A DNA stretch of 64,000 nt. Origin: Lama glama. Lineage: Eukaryota. Made by a program: the position numbers and the translations under genes. The stretch lies in assembly GCA_028534125.1 (NCBI GenBank), contig CM052816.1, positions 69,628,001 to 69,692,000 on the forward strand, given 5' to 3'. Positions within the stretch are counted from its first letter, which is position 1, and every line of letters starts with the position of its first letter. This document shows, piece after piece, positions 37,601-50,000 of the stretch. The notes under the pieces were generated by a model. It had not been told where the DNA came from, searched no databases, and worked only from the letters and a program-made list of their open reading frames with translations.

Positions 37601-40600
37601 ACAATCATCAGGAGGTTATGTATTTAGTTTCCTCCTCTCTGCTGTGAGCTTTGCTATGTTTGTGTAGAGAACTAAATTAAGATAGGAAGACAATGGTTAA
37701 AATTACTATGTAACCCACAGACAGAGGGCAACATGCCCAATTATTTTGTTGCCCTTTTAGAAAGCAAGTGGAGTCTTGTGCATCGCATAGTTTCCCTTTC
37801 TGTACTATACCTGGTAATAACCTGTGTTTAACTTACCAGAATTTTAAGATTTTATGTCTTGAGAATTGATAGTAGAAACATGGTTTTTTAACAAATAAGC
37901 TTTTCTAAGTAGCAAAACACTGGGAAACGAACACCCTTTACATGCTATCTGAAAGCCAAGCATTTCTTGCAACAGATGTTTGTTGTATTCACTTTGGGGA
38001 GGTGTAGTTAGCACAGTTTTCCAGAATTTACTCATATCAACTGTTTTTCTCTATAGAAAACATAATATGAAAACCTATAGTTATGTCAAGTGGTCCAATT
38101 GATTCATTAGGGAAAATCCTGGTCCAGTTTAAATGATAAAGCTTTAAAACAAGAATCATCTTAAGGGTAAATAGGTTGTTTTTTTTATTTGTATTGAATT
38201 GTAATTGTATCTAATTTGTTTTACAACTCCCATAGGAGAGCATACTTCAGTTCTGAAGTTATTTAATAGATCAGGGGGATTTTATGAGAAGTTAAGTTGA
38301 TATAGTAGCCAATAAATGTAATCCTATTTTCCCTCTACACAGTTGCTGACTGTGATTTTTTTTACCTCCTAACTTTTAAAAATCTTATTTTCATTTTATT
38401 AGGCATTACCATGTCTTATAAAATGACACATTTTGTCAACATGAAATAGTTTACCCTTTCAGCAGTCCTATCTAATTTGATATTCATTCATATCCTTAAT
38501 CCAAAAGTATTTAACTATTCAGAAATACTATATCAAAAATACTGAGTTAATGCAAATATTTTATATTAAAGCAAGTATTAAGAAATATGAAAACTGTGAA
38601 ACAGAATTTTGAAGTAGCATTATAAGGTCAGATGAGTCTGTTGGTTCCATGGCTCATTAATTGTAGCACGGGAAAATCCAGCTTCTAAATTAAGATGTCA
38701 GCATTAAAGTTAAAATTTGTGTTCAGGCATTTCTCAATTTTTATTCAAATGTAATTCAGTTTGTTATTGTGATGTACATAGAATGTTGTGTTCTATTAGA
38801 AGAGAATGTAGTACAAGTGTCAGAAAAGTATTTGCAAGTATTTCTATAATGATATAAACATTGCTTTCTTAGACCATGTTTTGTTTTGATAATCAGCATT
38901 CATATTTTTTGAATAATACTTCCAGTATTCACTGGATCATGAATAGTTTACCTACTTTTCACTTTTTAGTCTGTAGACATCTTCTGGGAGAGAGTGTTAG
39001 TATACATTTTATGTTATTTATTATACTTAATTATAATTACTTGTTGTTTATAGATAATTATTTCTACATTGTGCACTATTTCCTTTCCTGTAACGGGTTA
39101 GAGAGAGTTTTACAGGATTGAAAATTTTTGGACACTGTCTGTAAATAATAAGCTGCTAGTTGAAAAATTTTCTATTTATATTGCTTGACAGGAGAGCAGT
39201 TCTTTTTTTGTTAGCTGTACAAAATATCATCTCTAATTTTCCATGATGAATCTTTTATTACAAGTGCAAAGCAGTGTTTAAATCACGTAGAATCTTAGCT
39301 TAATTTAATATTACTTTCTGTATGTGGAGAGAAATGTGTGTAAGACTCTGTTTGTAGTATAATCATTGTCAAGTGTCATATACTTTAAATCTTAAGAGTC
39401 TTCCAAGTATCTTGACCTGCCTCTTGGCAGCATTTTAGAATACTGATTTGATTTCACATAGAACAGTGTACATACCTATTGTGTGAGCAGTTTGAAAACT
39501 CCCTTATGGGACATATACTTACTCTAAAATGATATGAGGTACAATTTATTTTTTGTCCATCCCTTACAGATGTACTCCATTCTGTTATAATTTAATCTTG
39601 GGGAAACAATAAGAGGGTTTGGAATTCAATTTTCCACTGAATGACGCAGTGATCTCTTGAAAATGTTTACTAACTTGTGAAAGAAGCTGAAATAGCAATC
39701 GTTTCAATAATAAGTTACAAAAATGTCATTATTAGAGAGTGTCTTTTGAAGAATACGGAAATAGCCAGGGTATCCTATTTATTGTACTTTCATGCATTTT
39801 CTTCTTTATCTGCATTCCTTGAAAAAATTAATTTGTATGTTTGATTTCATATATTCTAATTCACGCCACCTTGATCTCACCATTCAAGGAAACTCTGTGG
39901 ACCTGTTTCATGCATCCACCAGGCAGTATTATGAAAATATGCCCTGCTCACTGAAAACCAAAGAAATTCCCATTAACAATTAATAATTCCTACATTATGT
40001 AGGAAAAGTTTCTTCTATCAAGAAAACGATTTAGGTGGGTTAACAAAGTAATACATTTGAAAATACAGCAATGTATGCTCAAAAAGAATTCATTATGTTC
40101 TTTTGTAAAACCTCATTTCTTTCCATTTTCTTCCTTCATTCAGTAGCATGCATATCTTCATTTTGTGTAAAACTGGCAAGTTTTGGAACCTCTTCCAGTT
40201 CTTACTCTCATCCTCCAGACATTTCGATGCTCAGCTGTCCCACCTCAGCTCCTGCAGTACTTTGCAGAGTTTCCTGGTTGTTTTCCTCCCCAGATTCTCC
40301 CCTCTTTCTCCCTCTTCCTCAACACAGACCAGAAAGGACAGACTTCCTGTCTGGTTTTCATAATACCCATATTAAAAACCAGTATTACCTGCTAATTCTT
40401 TTTAGAATCAAGTGAAACACCATAGATTTAATATGTTAACGTGCTTGGTAATGGAATTACCTTTTCTTTTCTCTGATGTCCATCTGCCACTCACTATTAC
40501 TGTTGCCTTACAAAAGCCACCTGAAGATTACGTGTCACGTCAGGAGGTTTCCTGAATACCCATGGCTGAGCTAGATGGCCTCCTTCTGACTTCCCAAGGC

Positions 40601-41811
40601 ATCCTGGGCTTCTCTTAATTGTCCAATTAGAATTGCCTAGTAACTTTTCTATCTACCCCTTAAGATGGTGAGCTCCTTGCATGACAGGAATTCTGGTTTA
40701 TGTCTCTGTGTTCAGTTTACATTGTTTAAATGAGTACCACCTCTGAGTCTTTTCGTACTTGCTTCCCTATTGGCTTAAAGCCATCAGCTTTGTCCAGATT
40801 TCTCTACTGTCCTTTTACCCGGTGCGATTCATCTGTTGCCATCCTTGGCTGTAAACATTTTCCTTTTCCTCTGCAGCAAACCCTGACCTTTGAATACTGC
40901 TCATGAACCACATCTTCTATGAAACCTCATGACTCCAACCATGTTAATAGTTATAAAAAGCTTCAATCTCTTAATTACCATATTTATAAATGCTTGTTTT
41001 TGTATCATTTTATGTACCTGTATTTATGTTTATTCACTTGAGGACCTTGCTTACAGCAGGGTACTATTTTTGTCCTAAGTGACTCATAAAAAATGAGGAC
41101 ATCTTGCTTGAATATTATTTTAATATGTTTCTATTAATTGCCTCTATTTTAACTCTATAGAGCTTATTTCACTTGCTGGCACCGCAAACTATCTTTTACT
41201 GTTTATGTTTCTCATGTGGAGACTGGTACATGATGAAGTTCTGTGACAACATAATTGAGATGGTGTTAGAGCAATGAATCCAATTTAATAAAAACAAATG
41301 TAGTTTTGTAAATTAATAAAAAAATTTACTACATTTGTGAAGCTTAGAAGGGTTTTTAAAATTCTTACATTTAATACCTTTTCTTCCTTTTTAAATGTTC
41401 TTCCATTTAAATGTTTTACAATAATGAATTGTAACTAATACAATTAGAGGTTGATTTTATCCAAATGATATTATTTTGCTTCTTCGTTTTTTGAAGCAGT
41501 ATGTATTTGAGTGGTTGTCTGCTGGACTTCACTCTGTCTATCTTATATCTGTATCTCAGTTTCGTAGTTTGTAAAAATTAGTATTTGATTAACCCTCATT
41601 CAGCCAAGGCAATAAATGATTCTGAAGCAAAAGTTTCCAAAACCATTTCCTTGATCTTTAGTTTTACTTCATTTGTAAAAGAAACTCAGTTACTACACAT
41701 TCCATAGCTTACAAAGTTAATAAAACATTTATTGAGTTTAACTTATTTGAAAATAGACACATAGTTAATATCAGTAAGGTGCTTTGAAGTTAAAAAGCAC
41801 AATAAGCGTTA

Positions 41812-41851
41812 GTTATTATCATTATGATAATTATTATCATTATTATTATTA
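41812..41851. repeat. Imperfect (TTA)n microsatellite
   Basis: ttattatcattatgataattattatcattattattatta. Confidence 0.7.
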
Positions 41852-42445
41852 CATAGTGTCTGCTTAAAAATACCTTTGGTTACTCCCGGATGACTGTGAT
41901 AATGAGAGGGGTTAATATGCTGGATTTTATCCAGAACTAAGGATTTGAGACATAATACACTAAAGGTTTTTTTTTCTTTAATAGATCAAGAGGTATGTTT
42001 GTTTATTCGCTTCCCTAAAGAAAAATAAACGTCCTTTAATGCATAAGCATCAGAACTCATTTGGAATAGTTTGAATGCTTTCTTATATAATCTCTCAAAA
42101 GGTGTCTGAGGAGTAAGTATAGGTCTTCTGAAAAGGTTCTAAAAACATAGGCATTGATTTCCAAATAGTCAAAATCCTTTATTTCTTAGTTAACTATTCC
42201 TGAATTGTGTAAGAGCTCAAATTTATAATTTGTACAAAAATAAAGAGCATGATTATGGGGGAAAATATGAGAGCTTAATTCTTATTACAAAAATGAAAAA
42301 TTACATCTTTGGGAAGTTATAAAAAAACTATAATTAATTACATAAATGAACTCCAATGAGAGTATTTTAAGGAGGATTCTTTAGAAAGTAGATTTCAAGA
42401 TTAAGCCAAATTCCTTATGAGGTACCTCAAAGATTGTCATCCCAA

Positions 42446-42904
42446 GTCAGAGAAATAGTAAAACATTTTAACAGGCAAATGTATGAAAGTCACGTGTACA
42501 CCCCGCCTCGTCATCAGGAAGACAGTAGTGACATGTCTGAAGAAGACATTCCCTAATATTATTGCAAATTAAGTAAGAAAAGACCTCAAAAGAATGAAAA
42601 GAGAAAAGGTGCCTGGAGCCAATGAATTACAATTGACAACTTAAAGGCAATTGAAGAACCAATTGCTAGAGTGATTGCAAAGCTATTCACAGTGTGCAGC
42701 AGACAGAGCACAGCCGAAAGCTGGAACAATGCCTTCAGTTCAGCAATATTGCTTCAAAAGAATGGAAAGAGGGGACCGGGAAGAGCCACTGACCCTGAGA
42801 CCGATTTCCAGGCAGCTGCACAAACTATATACTGTAATTAAAGGTTTTGACCAGTAATCGCAGCAAAGCCAGACTGCAGAAAGTCTAGGGAACCAGCAAA
42901 GTTT
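42446..42904 (+). mobile_element. Fossil RTE/RTE-X (L4/L5-like) non-LTR retrotransposon reverse-transcriptase fragment
   Basis: Stitching frames gives VREIVKHFNRQMYES...EEDIP / NIIAN*VRKDLKRMKREKVPGANE / ITIDNLKAIEEPIARVIAKLFTVCSRQSTAESWNNA...ILLQKNG / DREEPLTLRPISRQLHKLYTVIK / ...SREPAKF. This is colinear with non-LTR RT domains 0-2 (KAPGPDG, W, KKGD...YRPIS, EQAGF). Confidence 0.75.
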
Positions 42905-45900
42905 ATAATGAGGCAGACATCCTTAACATAAAACACAGAAAAAGCAGGTAAGAAATCTAGTCCATTTCTGGCAGTGACTTTGAAAAGCTCTGCTGTGTTA
43001 GCACAAATATGAAAATCACATATTTTTGGCCTTCTTCCTGTAAGAACAAAAACACGTAATGAAAGATACCTGCTTTCATCTTTTGAGATGAATAGAATAC
43101 TGTGCTACTTAGAAACAGGCATTTTTCTCCTTGCCGCTTTATTATTTTTTTTCTTTACCTATGAATTGCATGTGCCTTTGATGAAAACAATGAACTAGAC
43201 GTGGGCAATGGAACATACAACGGTCTGAATGGCGCTTAGCAGTTGCCTCTCTTCCAGTGCGCCTGGGCTTGGGAGAAATGAACTAATCCACACCTGAGTA
43301 ATTTGTCTATAGGACCTCTTGTATCTTTTGTTTACTGGTATCTAGACTCATATTGTTTTCTTTCTTTAGTAGTATCTCTTTATGTAGAATTCCATATTCC
43401 GCCACAACCCTACTATTTAAATATTCACATAAGCACTTTGAGCATTCATATCTTGAGAAAGGGGTATCTCATGGTTCTAATGAAGGTAAGATGTAGACGT
43501 TCAAATACAAACAAGAGGGGGTTCTTACAAGAGTCTAATGAACAAAAATAGCACCTCGTGTTGCAGGTGCCACGTAGTTCCCTCCCTGACTGGGCCTATT
43601 ACAATCTTTAACTTTTTTACTAGAAATTCTGAAATCTAAATTTCAAATAAATCTTGGACCGAAAAAAAAAAACCAAGTTTTCTACTACTCAGATATAAAG
43701 GGAAAGAGTCCGGTAGGGTTTCAGTTTGCTTTATTTAAGGCTTATAATTAAACACACCTAAGTGTCTGAAATCGGTTGTGCTAAGCATGGTGGACATAGA
43801 CTGAGTTTAGTTTAGTTCATTCCATACCTGAAATAAGATTATGGAGCTTTAAAAGAATGCTCTATGAAGAACGTTTAGACAGTAAATAACTCCATAAAAT
43901 AGCTGGAATTGTTTTCATAAATAAGTGAAAACAACTGAGCCTTATGGGAAGAAGGTTCTACTTATGAACTATGAAATAATTTGGAGGTTGCATAGAATGG
44001 TAGGATTTTAACACGGAGAATTTGCAATATATTATTTATTTTTAGACTGTAGTTATGACTAATAATTTGTCAAGCCAAAACAAGTCTTTATTGAAAGAGG
44101 CCAGAGTGGAAAATCTGGGTAACTTGTGTATAGTTTAGACAAGGAGAACAAAGAAGTAATGAAATGAAAATAAGAGCTTGGCAGGGGAATCCTTAGAGAA
44201 CAGCTGGTTGAAGAATTACAGTTGTTAACGGTGCTATAAAAGAAAGATATTCTCTCATCATGATTTAGCATATTGCATTGAGAAGACTGCATACTCATTA
44301 GAGGGATCCTGAAAGATAAACCAGAAAAGATCTTGAGATAGAGGAATAGTTTGTATGCAATAAGTAGTATTATTACTGTCATTGTTGTTACTGTTATGCA
44401 AAAGTAAATCATATGCCAAGACAAATGCCCTGATTTTCCAAAAACGTAAGTTCTCAAGAAAGAACACCTTTCTTTCCTGTTATATATAAAGATTTACATT
44501 TTACTCAGTCCTAAAGTAGTTTCATTTAAAATGGTATTTGTCAAACTTATTGGAAAGTGAAGTCTAAATATTTGAATTATTTAAATAAGTGGGTAGAGAT
44601 TCTTAAGGGTAAAAATGCATGTTTCTGCATGTTTGGGGCAGGAAAAAAATGATACCAAATTCCCATATTTTTATATTGACTTTGATGGTTTTCTTTAATT
44701 AAAGCTCAAGTTTGGACATCTTTGTTTTTTCTTAATAATGGCTTTTAATGATTTTTTGTATTTGTAAGCAAATCAAGCTCATTTTTTAGGTTGAAAAGGA
44801 AAACAGACTTTAAGTTAATACTTAAGATCACCAGATTGCTTGAGCCTATTACAGTTAACAATTTTTTTTTATTAATAATGCTATCTGTTTTACATTTTAC
44901 CAGAAGCTTTTTTTTTTTTTTTTTGGTCTTTTAAACTATATCAGCACAGTTTTCTGCTCTAGGGAAATCGCATCTTTCTGTAATGATTCTGAATGTGCAA
45001 TGCCCTTTAATTATTCAGAACTTTAGTTCTAGCAGTGTAGCTGCAGGAAGTATGGAATATTTTGTTGAATCTATACCAACTCCATATAAGGCCCTAGACG
45101 TTACTTTTTTTTTTTTTTTTTTTGGTAGAACACTAGATACAAAACTGTCTTTGCAGTTTCCTCTGTTCAAAATGGAATATGACAATTGTAATTCCTCCCT
45201 TAGTATTTGTTCTTATTTGGATTCTGGTTAGTTAAGATTTTGTCCTGTGGTTCTTTGGCTGTAGTAAGGCTGAACTGAAAAGTGTGTACTATTAAAAAAG
45301 TTGTGTTAAAATTTTAAGATGTTAAAGCAAGATATATGGCCATAATGACTGGGTTGAATTTCACTGAAATTATTTTGAGAATAACAACTCTCCTCCAGCT
45401 TAGTTTGAACAGGAATATGTACAAGTTTGTGAGGAATTGTAGTTAAGATTACTTGATCCATTCTGTCCATCAAGATCATACAACTAACATTTTATAGAAA
45501 ATGTGTGTCTATCATTTTCATTTGAATCTCCATGGAGTATTACATAATCTTTAAAAGTCTATTCAATCTCATTTTAATTTATAATCTGAATGATTAATAA
45601 AGCCACATGGTGCACTTTTAAGAGGGTACCAAAAAAGTGTACAGTGCAAAGTATTCTCCTTGGTCTTCACGTGACTCGTTCCACTCTAATTTACAACTCT
45701 CAGCCTTCAGCCAGGCTATGGAATCACAAAACTTTGAACGTTAAAAGGTTAGAAACACCAATCTAATGAATTTGCTTAACAATATAATGAACTATGGACT
45801 ATATATTAACGAACATAATTATCTTAAAGATAGTACTTCTGAGATAACTTGCAGTAAGACGTCACAGTCATTTCAAGAAAAGTAATTTTAATAATTTAGT

Positions 45901-46044
45901 CTCTAGGTTGTTACTATGACTTTTAAGCAGTTTATTGAGCCAAATGAGGGGAGGGGACTTAGTAAAAGTCCAATTCTGATTTCACGAGAAAGGTTTATTT
46001 ATTTGGTTGTATGAGAGAATAAGTATCTAAGGAGTCATACTCAA

Positions 46045-46450
46045 ATTATTTTAATTACAACAATTTCAAACATACAGTAAGTATAGAATACTTTATAACA
46101 GAAAGTCATCCACCCATCACCTAGATTTAGCAAATATTAACATTTTTACCATATTTGTCTCAGAGCTTTTCTTTAAAGAAACAGATCATTAAAGATGCAC
46201 TTAAAGTCTTTTCCCCTCATGTCAGAAATGAATGAAATGTTCCGAGGCACAACTGTGCCATAATGTTTATTTATTCATTCTCTTATTGATGACTTTTTAG
46301 ACTGTTGCTAGATTTTTGAGATTCCAAAGTTGTTGGTGATTATCTTTGTACATGTTTTCTTGTGTATATAATCAAGCATTTCTCAAGTACAGAATGTAAC
46401 ATTGGAATTACTGGGCCACAGGATATACACATGTTTAACTTGAGGATTGG
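46045..46450 (-). mobile_element. L1ME/L1MC 3' remnant
   Basis: Motifs aatttcaaacatacagtaagtatagaata and cccatcacctagatttagcaaatattaacattttt, then ggaattactgggccacagg. Confidence 0.7.
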
Positions 46451-46469
46451 CATTTGGGGTTTGGAGATG

Positions 46470-46740
46470 ACAGTAAAATTCTGGGGTTGGATTCTGGCTA
46501 TAAATCCTCCTTACTGTTGACCAGCTGAATAATCATGGACAAACAATTAAATCTGTTTCCTCATCTGTAAAATGGGGATAATCCTAGAACCTACCTCATA
46601 GCAAACAGTGGGGACGAATTGAGGACTGAGCACAGAGAGAGTGTTGCTCCCCCACCCCACCCCCAGACAGGGATGTCATGGAGATCAAATGGCACGTAGA
46701 ACTGCGTCTGGTACAGCAGCATGTCAGTGCTTGTGAGATA
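46470..46740 (+). mobile_element. MIR SINE (interrupted)
   Basis: Core ctgtttcctcatctgtaaaatggggataatcctagaacctacctcatag. Confidence 0.75.
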
Positions 46741-46756
46741 CACAAAAATGAGACAA

Positions 46757-47053
46757 GGGGGAGGGCATAGCTCAAGTGGTAGGGTACATGCTTAGCATAC
46801 ATCAGGTCCTGGGTTCAGTCCCCAGTACCTCCATTAAAACTAATGAGGTAAACCTAATTACCTCCCCACCCTAGATAAAGTAAAACATATGTGAGAAAAG
46901 TGCCTTAAAAAAAAAGTTTAAAAAGGGTGGGAGAGAGGGTATAGCTCAGAGGTCCTGGGTTCAATCCCCAGTACTTCCGTTAAGTAAATAAATGAATAAA
47001 TCTAATTTTGTCCTCGCCCAAAAAAGAATAAATAAATAAATAAATTTTTTTTT
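46757..47053 (+). mobile_element. Tandem/dimeric camelid SINE: full monomer from 46757 plus internally deleted monomer from ~46929
   Basis: Two heads of the form GAGGG(C/T)ATAGCTCA...GGTCCTGGGTTCA(G/A)TCCCCAGTAC. The flanking near-direct repeat aa(t/c)gagacaa lies at 46747-46756 and 47054-47063. Confidence 0.88.
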
Positions 47054-50000
47054 AACGAGACAAAACAATCCATCTAGGCCCAATATATTTATATGCTTTT
47101 GAGAGTGCTCAAAGAATAAATTACAAATGAAAAAACTAAAAGGAAAACAAGAAAGCAACGAAGACGTTACACAACGCTTACCACTTTTGTTACGTTAGTT
47201 ATAAGCAATTTATTTTACTTTCTTTCATATGCACAGAGTTCTTGTCAGAAACTGCCTTTTTTTTTTTTTAAAGCATCTGAGCCAACAAAACACACTTTCC
47301 TCTTTTGTTGAGGAAACCAGGAAGATCAGATCTTTGGGTAATTTCTCACTTGCACAGTGTGATACTAGAGCTTATTCTTTCTGATCTTCCAGATAGGTCA
47401 TTCTGCCTTAATTTTCTAATATGTTAATTTGGCAAAACCATTAAATGAGTAGGTTTATCGTAAAAAAATAGAAAAGCAAGTGTAGGGAGGTGCTTGGACA
47501 AGGAGGGAGATGAGGGGGATGCTGTGCCATACCTGCAGATCTCTAGGTCTGGGAGGCCCCACACGGCCCAGAAGTCGGCTTTTTACAGCGTGTCACTTGG
47601 TGTGCTCTCAGGATGTGAGTGACAGGCTTGTTGTTTCCTCTCTGTGAAGGCCTAAGAGGTTACCCGGATTATTTGAGGGTGTTCATCGCACCACTTCTTA
47701 CTTTCAGATTTCAACAGAATCTTCTTAAGCTTTAAAAGGTGGATTACTTTGCATTACTTTTATTGCTTTTCAAGTATATTTGGAACTATTCAAGAGTCCT
47801 CCTAAAAACTGGATTTCCTGGGGTGTGTTTTCTTTGGGGGGAAATTTTAAGGGTTCTTTGTAGACTTTCCAAAAGCCCCAGTTTTACCCACTAGAAGGGC
47901 CTGATGGAAACAAGTTACTAATTAAAAAAGAAAGGAAGAAAGAAAGAAAAAGGCGTAAGAGGAGAAAACGCCATCATGTCTCTAGGTTCCTTATAATAAA
48001 TCAGACCTGTGTGTGTGTTTAACAAAAACGAGGGTGTGCTTTTTTCCCCCTTCATTCTCAGTTTCTTTTGATCATTGATCTGGGTGACCCCACGCTCAGG
48101 GTTTTTTTCTTCATTTGACATGGACAGATTTTTGAAGTATAGGTCTCCTTTGGGAAGCCCGGGCAGTTCCACTTGACTAACCTGTGATCTAATGACAGTA
48201 ATGCGGGGTTACAGTGGCCATTTTGTGCGCTTTGAGGAGGATGGCCAGACAGGGTGGGAGAAAGGCCGTGTCCGCAGAGAAAAGGAGAGGCAGGGTGATC
48301 AAACAGTGTGAAAAAGACTTGTTAGCCCACATTAGTTTGCCTGATTTACTTCACAACAGGTCAGGAGAGGCCAACAGCAGAGTTGTCATTAAATTGCAGA
48401 GTTGAAAATCCCAGTATTAGAAAGTGTTAAGATCTCTGCGAGCTATTAATGGTTAATTCCCAAGCTGGTTTTATCTCACCCTGAGTTGCACCAGACAGGG
48501 GAGTATCATCCTTCCCTTCAGTCTTACTATGTTTATGAAGTAATTCTGTGACCCTGGATTCTTTTTTAATGCTGCAGGTTTTCAGCTCCCTGTCATGGTT
48601 GGGCCATTGTACAATGAGCTTAGATGTAAAATAAAAGCCAAACGTGGCACTTTTTTATGCCCTGTGTTCGACCCTTAGTGAGATGCCCATGCTTTCCATT
48701 TGGAAATGCTATAGGAGTGCCTTTGTGAATTTCCATCATGACAACAGGATGGAGCTCTAAATTTGTCCCTGCACATCTGCTCTGACGTTTATAAGTGTGC
48801 ACATGTTTGTGTGTTCTCCCTGTAGCGTACCGTCAGTGATCCTGGAGAAAACCAAATTAGGTTTCATCAGTGGTCTTTCTTCCACCTCAAGCTCAAACTA
48901 GTATATTTTACAGCTTACTATTGTTTATGCCTTTTAAAAAGAAAATAGGTGACTTACAGAAAAATACCCAAGTTCCTGGAATGTGCTGCAGCTTGGGTTA
49001 ATATAGGAAAAGTGATTGTTTTGAATTCTTAATATTTTTCCCTTATTCAAAATGACTTTGGTATTGATATAGTACCAAAAAAAAAGGGGGGGGGGGAGGG
49101 GAGGGGAGGGAACCACCCAGTTAAAAGGTACATTAGATAGACCAAACATAAGCCTTATATTATGACCAGTATATGAAGACCTATGTATAGAAATTGAAAA
49201 TTGGCAAAAGGAAGTTTCCCAAAGATGAAAGTGACCTTGGTTCAGAATTTTAAACACATTTTAGTGGTTTTAAAATTTCATTCGTTATTTAATGTAACAA
49301 CTGTGTTGTTTATCTCAACCAGTATGTTTTGCACACTTGCTGTATGGCCAAATAATGCCTGAGATACAAAAATGGATAAAATGTGGTCCCCTCCCTCAAG
49401 TTACCAATATATTACAAGCAATTACACTATATGATAAGAGCCAATGGAAATATCGTCAAGTACTGTGGGATCACAGGTAATAAGTAACCCAAGATCCAAC
49501 TTGTGGCCTGAACCCTAGACTTTGAACTTTAGCTTATCTGCCCTTTTCACTCCACCACAACAATCTCTTGTCATTGAATTTATTTTTTAAAAATAAGGAA
49601 AACATTTTATTTGATTTTTAAGATATAACTTAATTTTCTTTTTTTTTTTTTTTTTACTTTGAAGTTTTGAATCAACTCTTTCTTCTGAATGTTTCTTGCT
49701 ACTTGGATAAGCCCCAGCTGCCAGTTTGCAGATGGACCTTTTAAACTAATGAGCTCAGTTGAAATGAGAGTAATATACTGAAGAAACTAAGCCTAGTATG
49801 TTTTCATATATTTGTGAAACAGAGTGACTGTTGTGTTCCAGTACTCGGGGAAGAAAGCCTGGTGATTTGGGCTTGACTTACTGTCCAGTCCATCTTTGTT
49901 TTTAGAAATAACACAAGACTGCATTCGTAAAAGCAATTTATGCAAACACCGAGCCTCCTCCCTAAACTCTCCTGGCCCTCACCCACCCCTTGCAGCTTTC

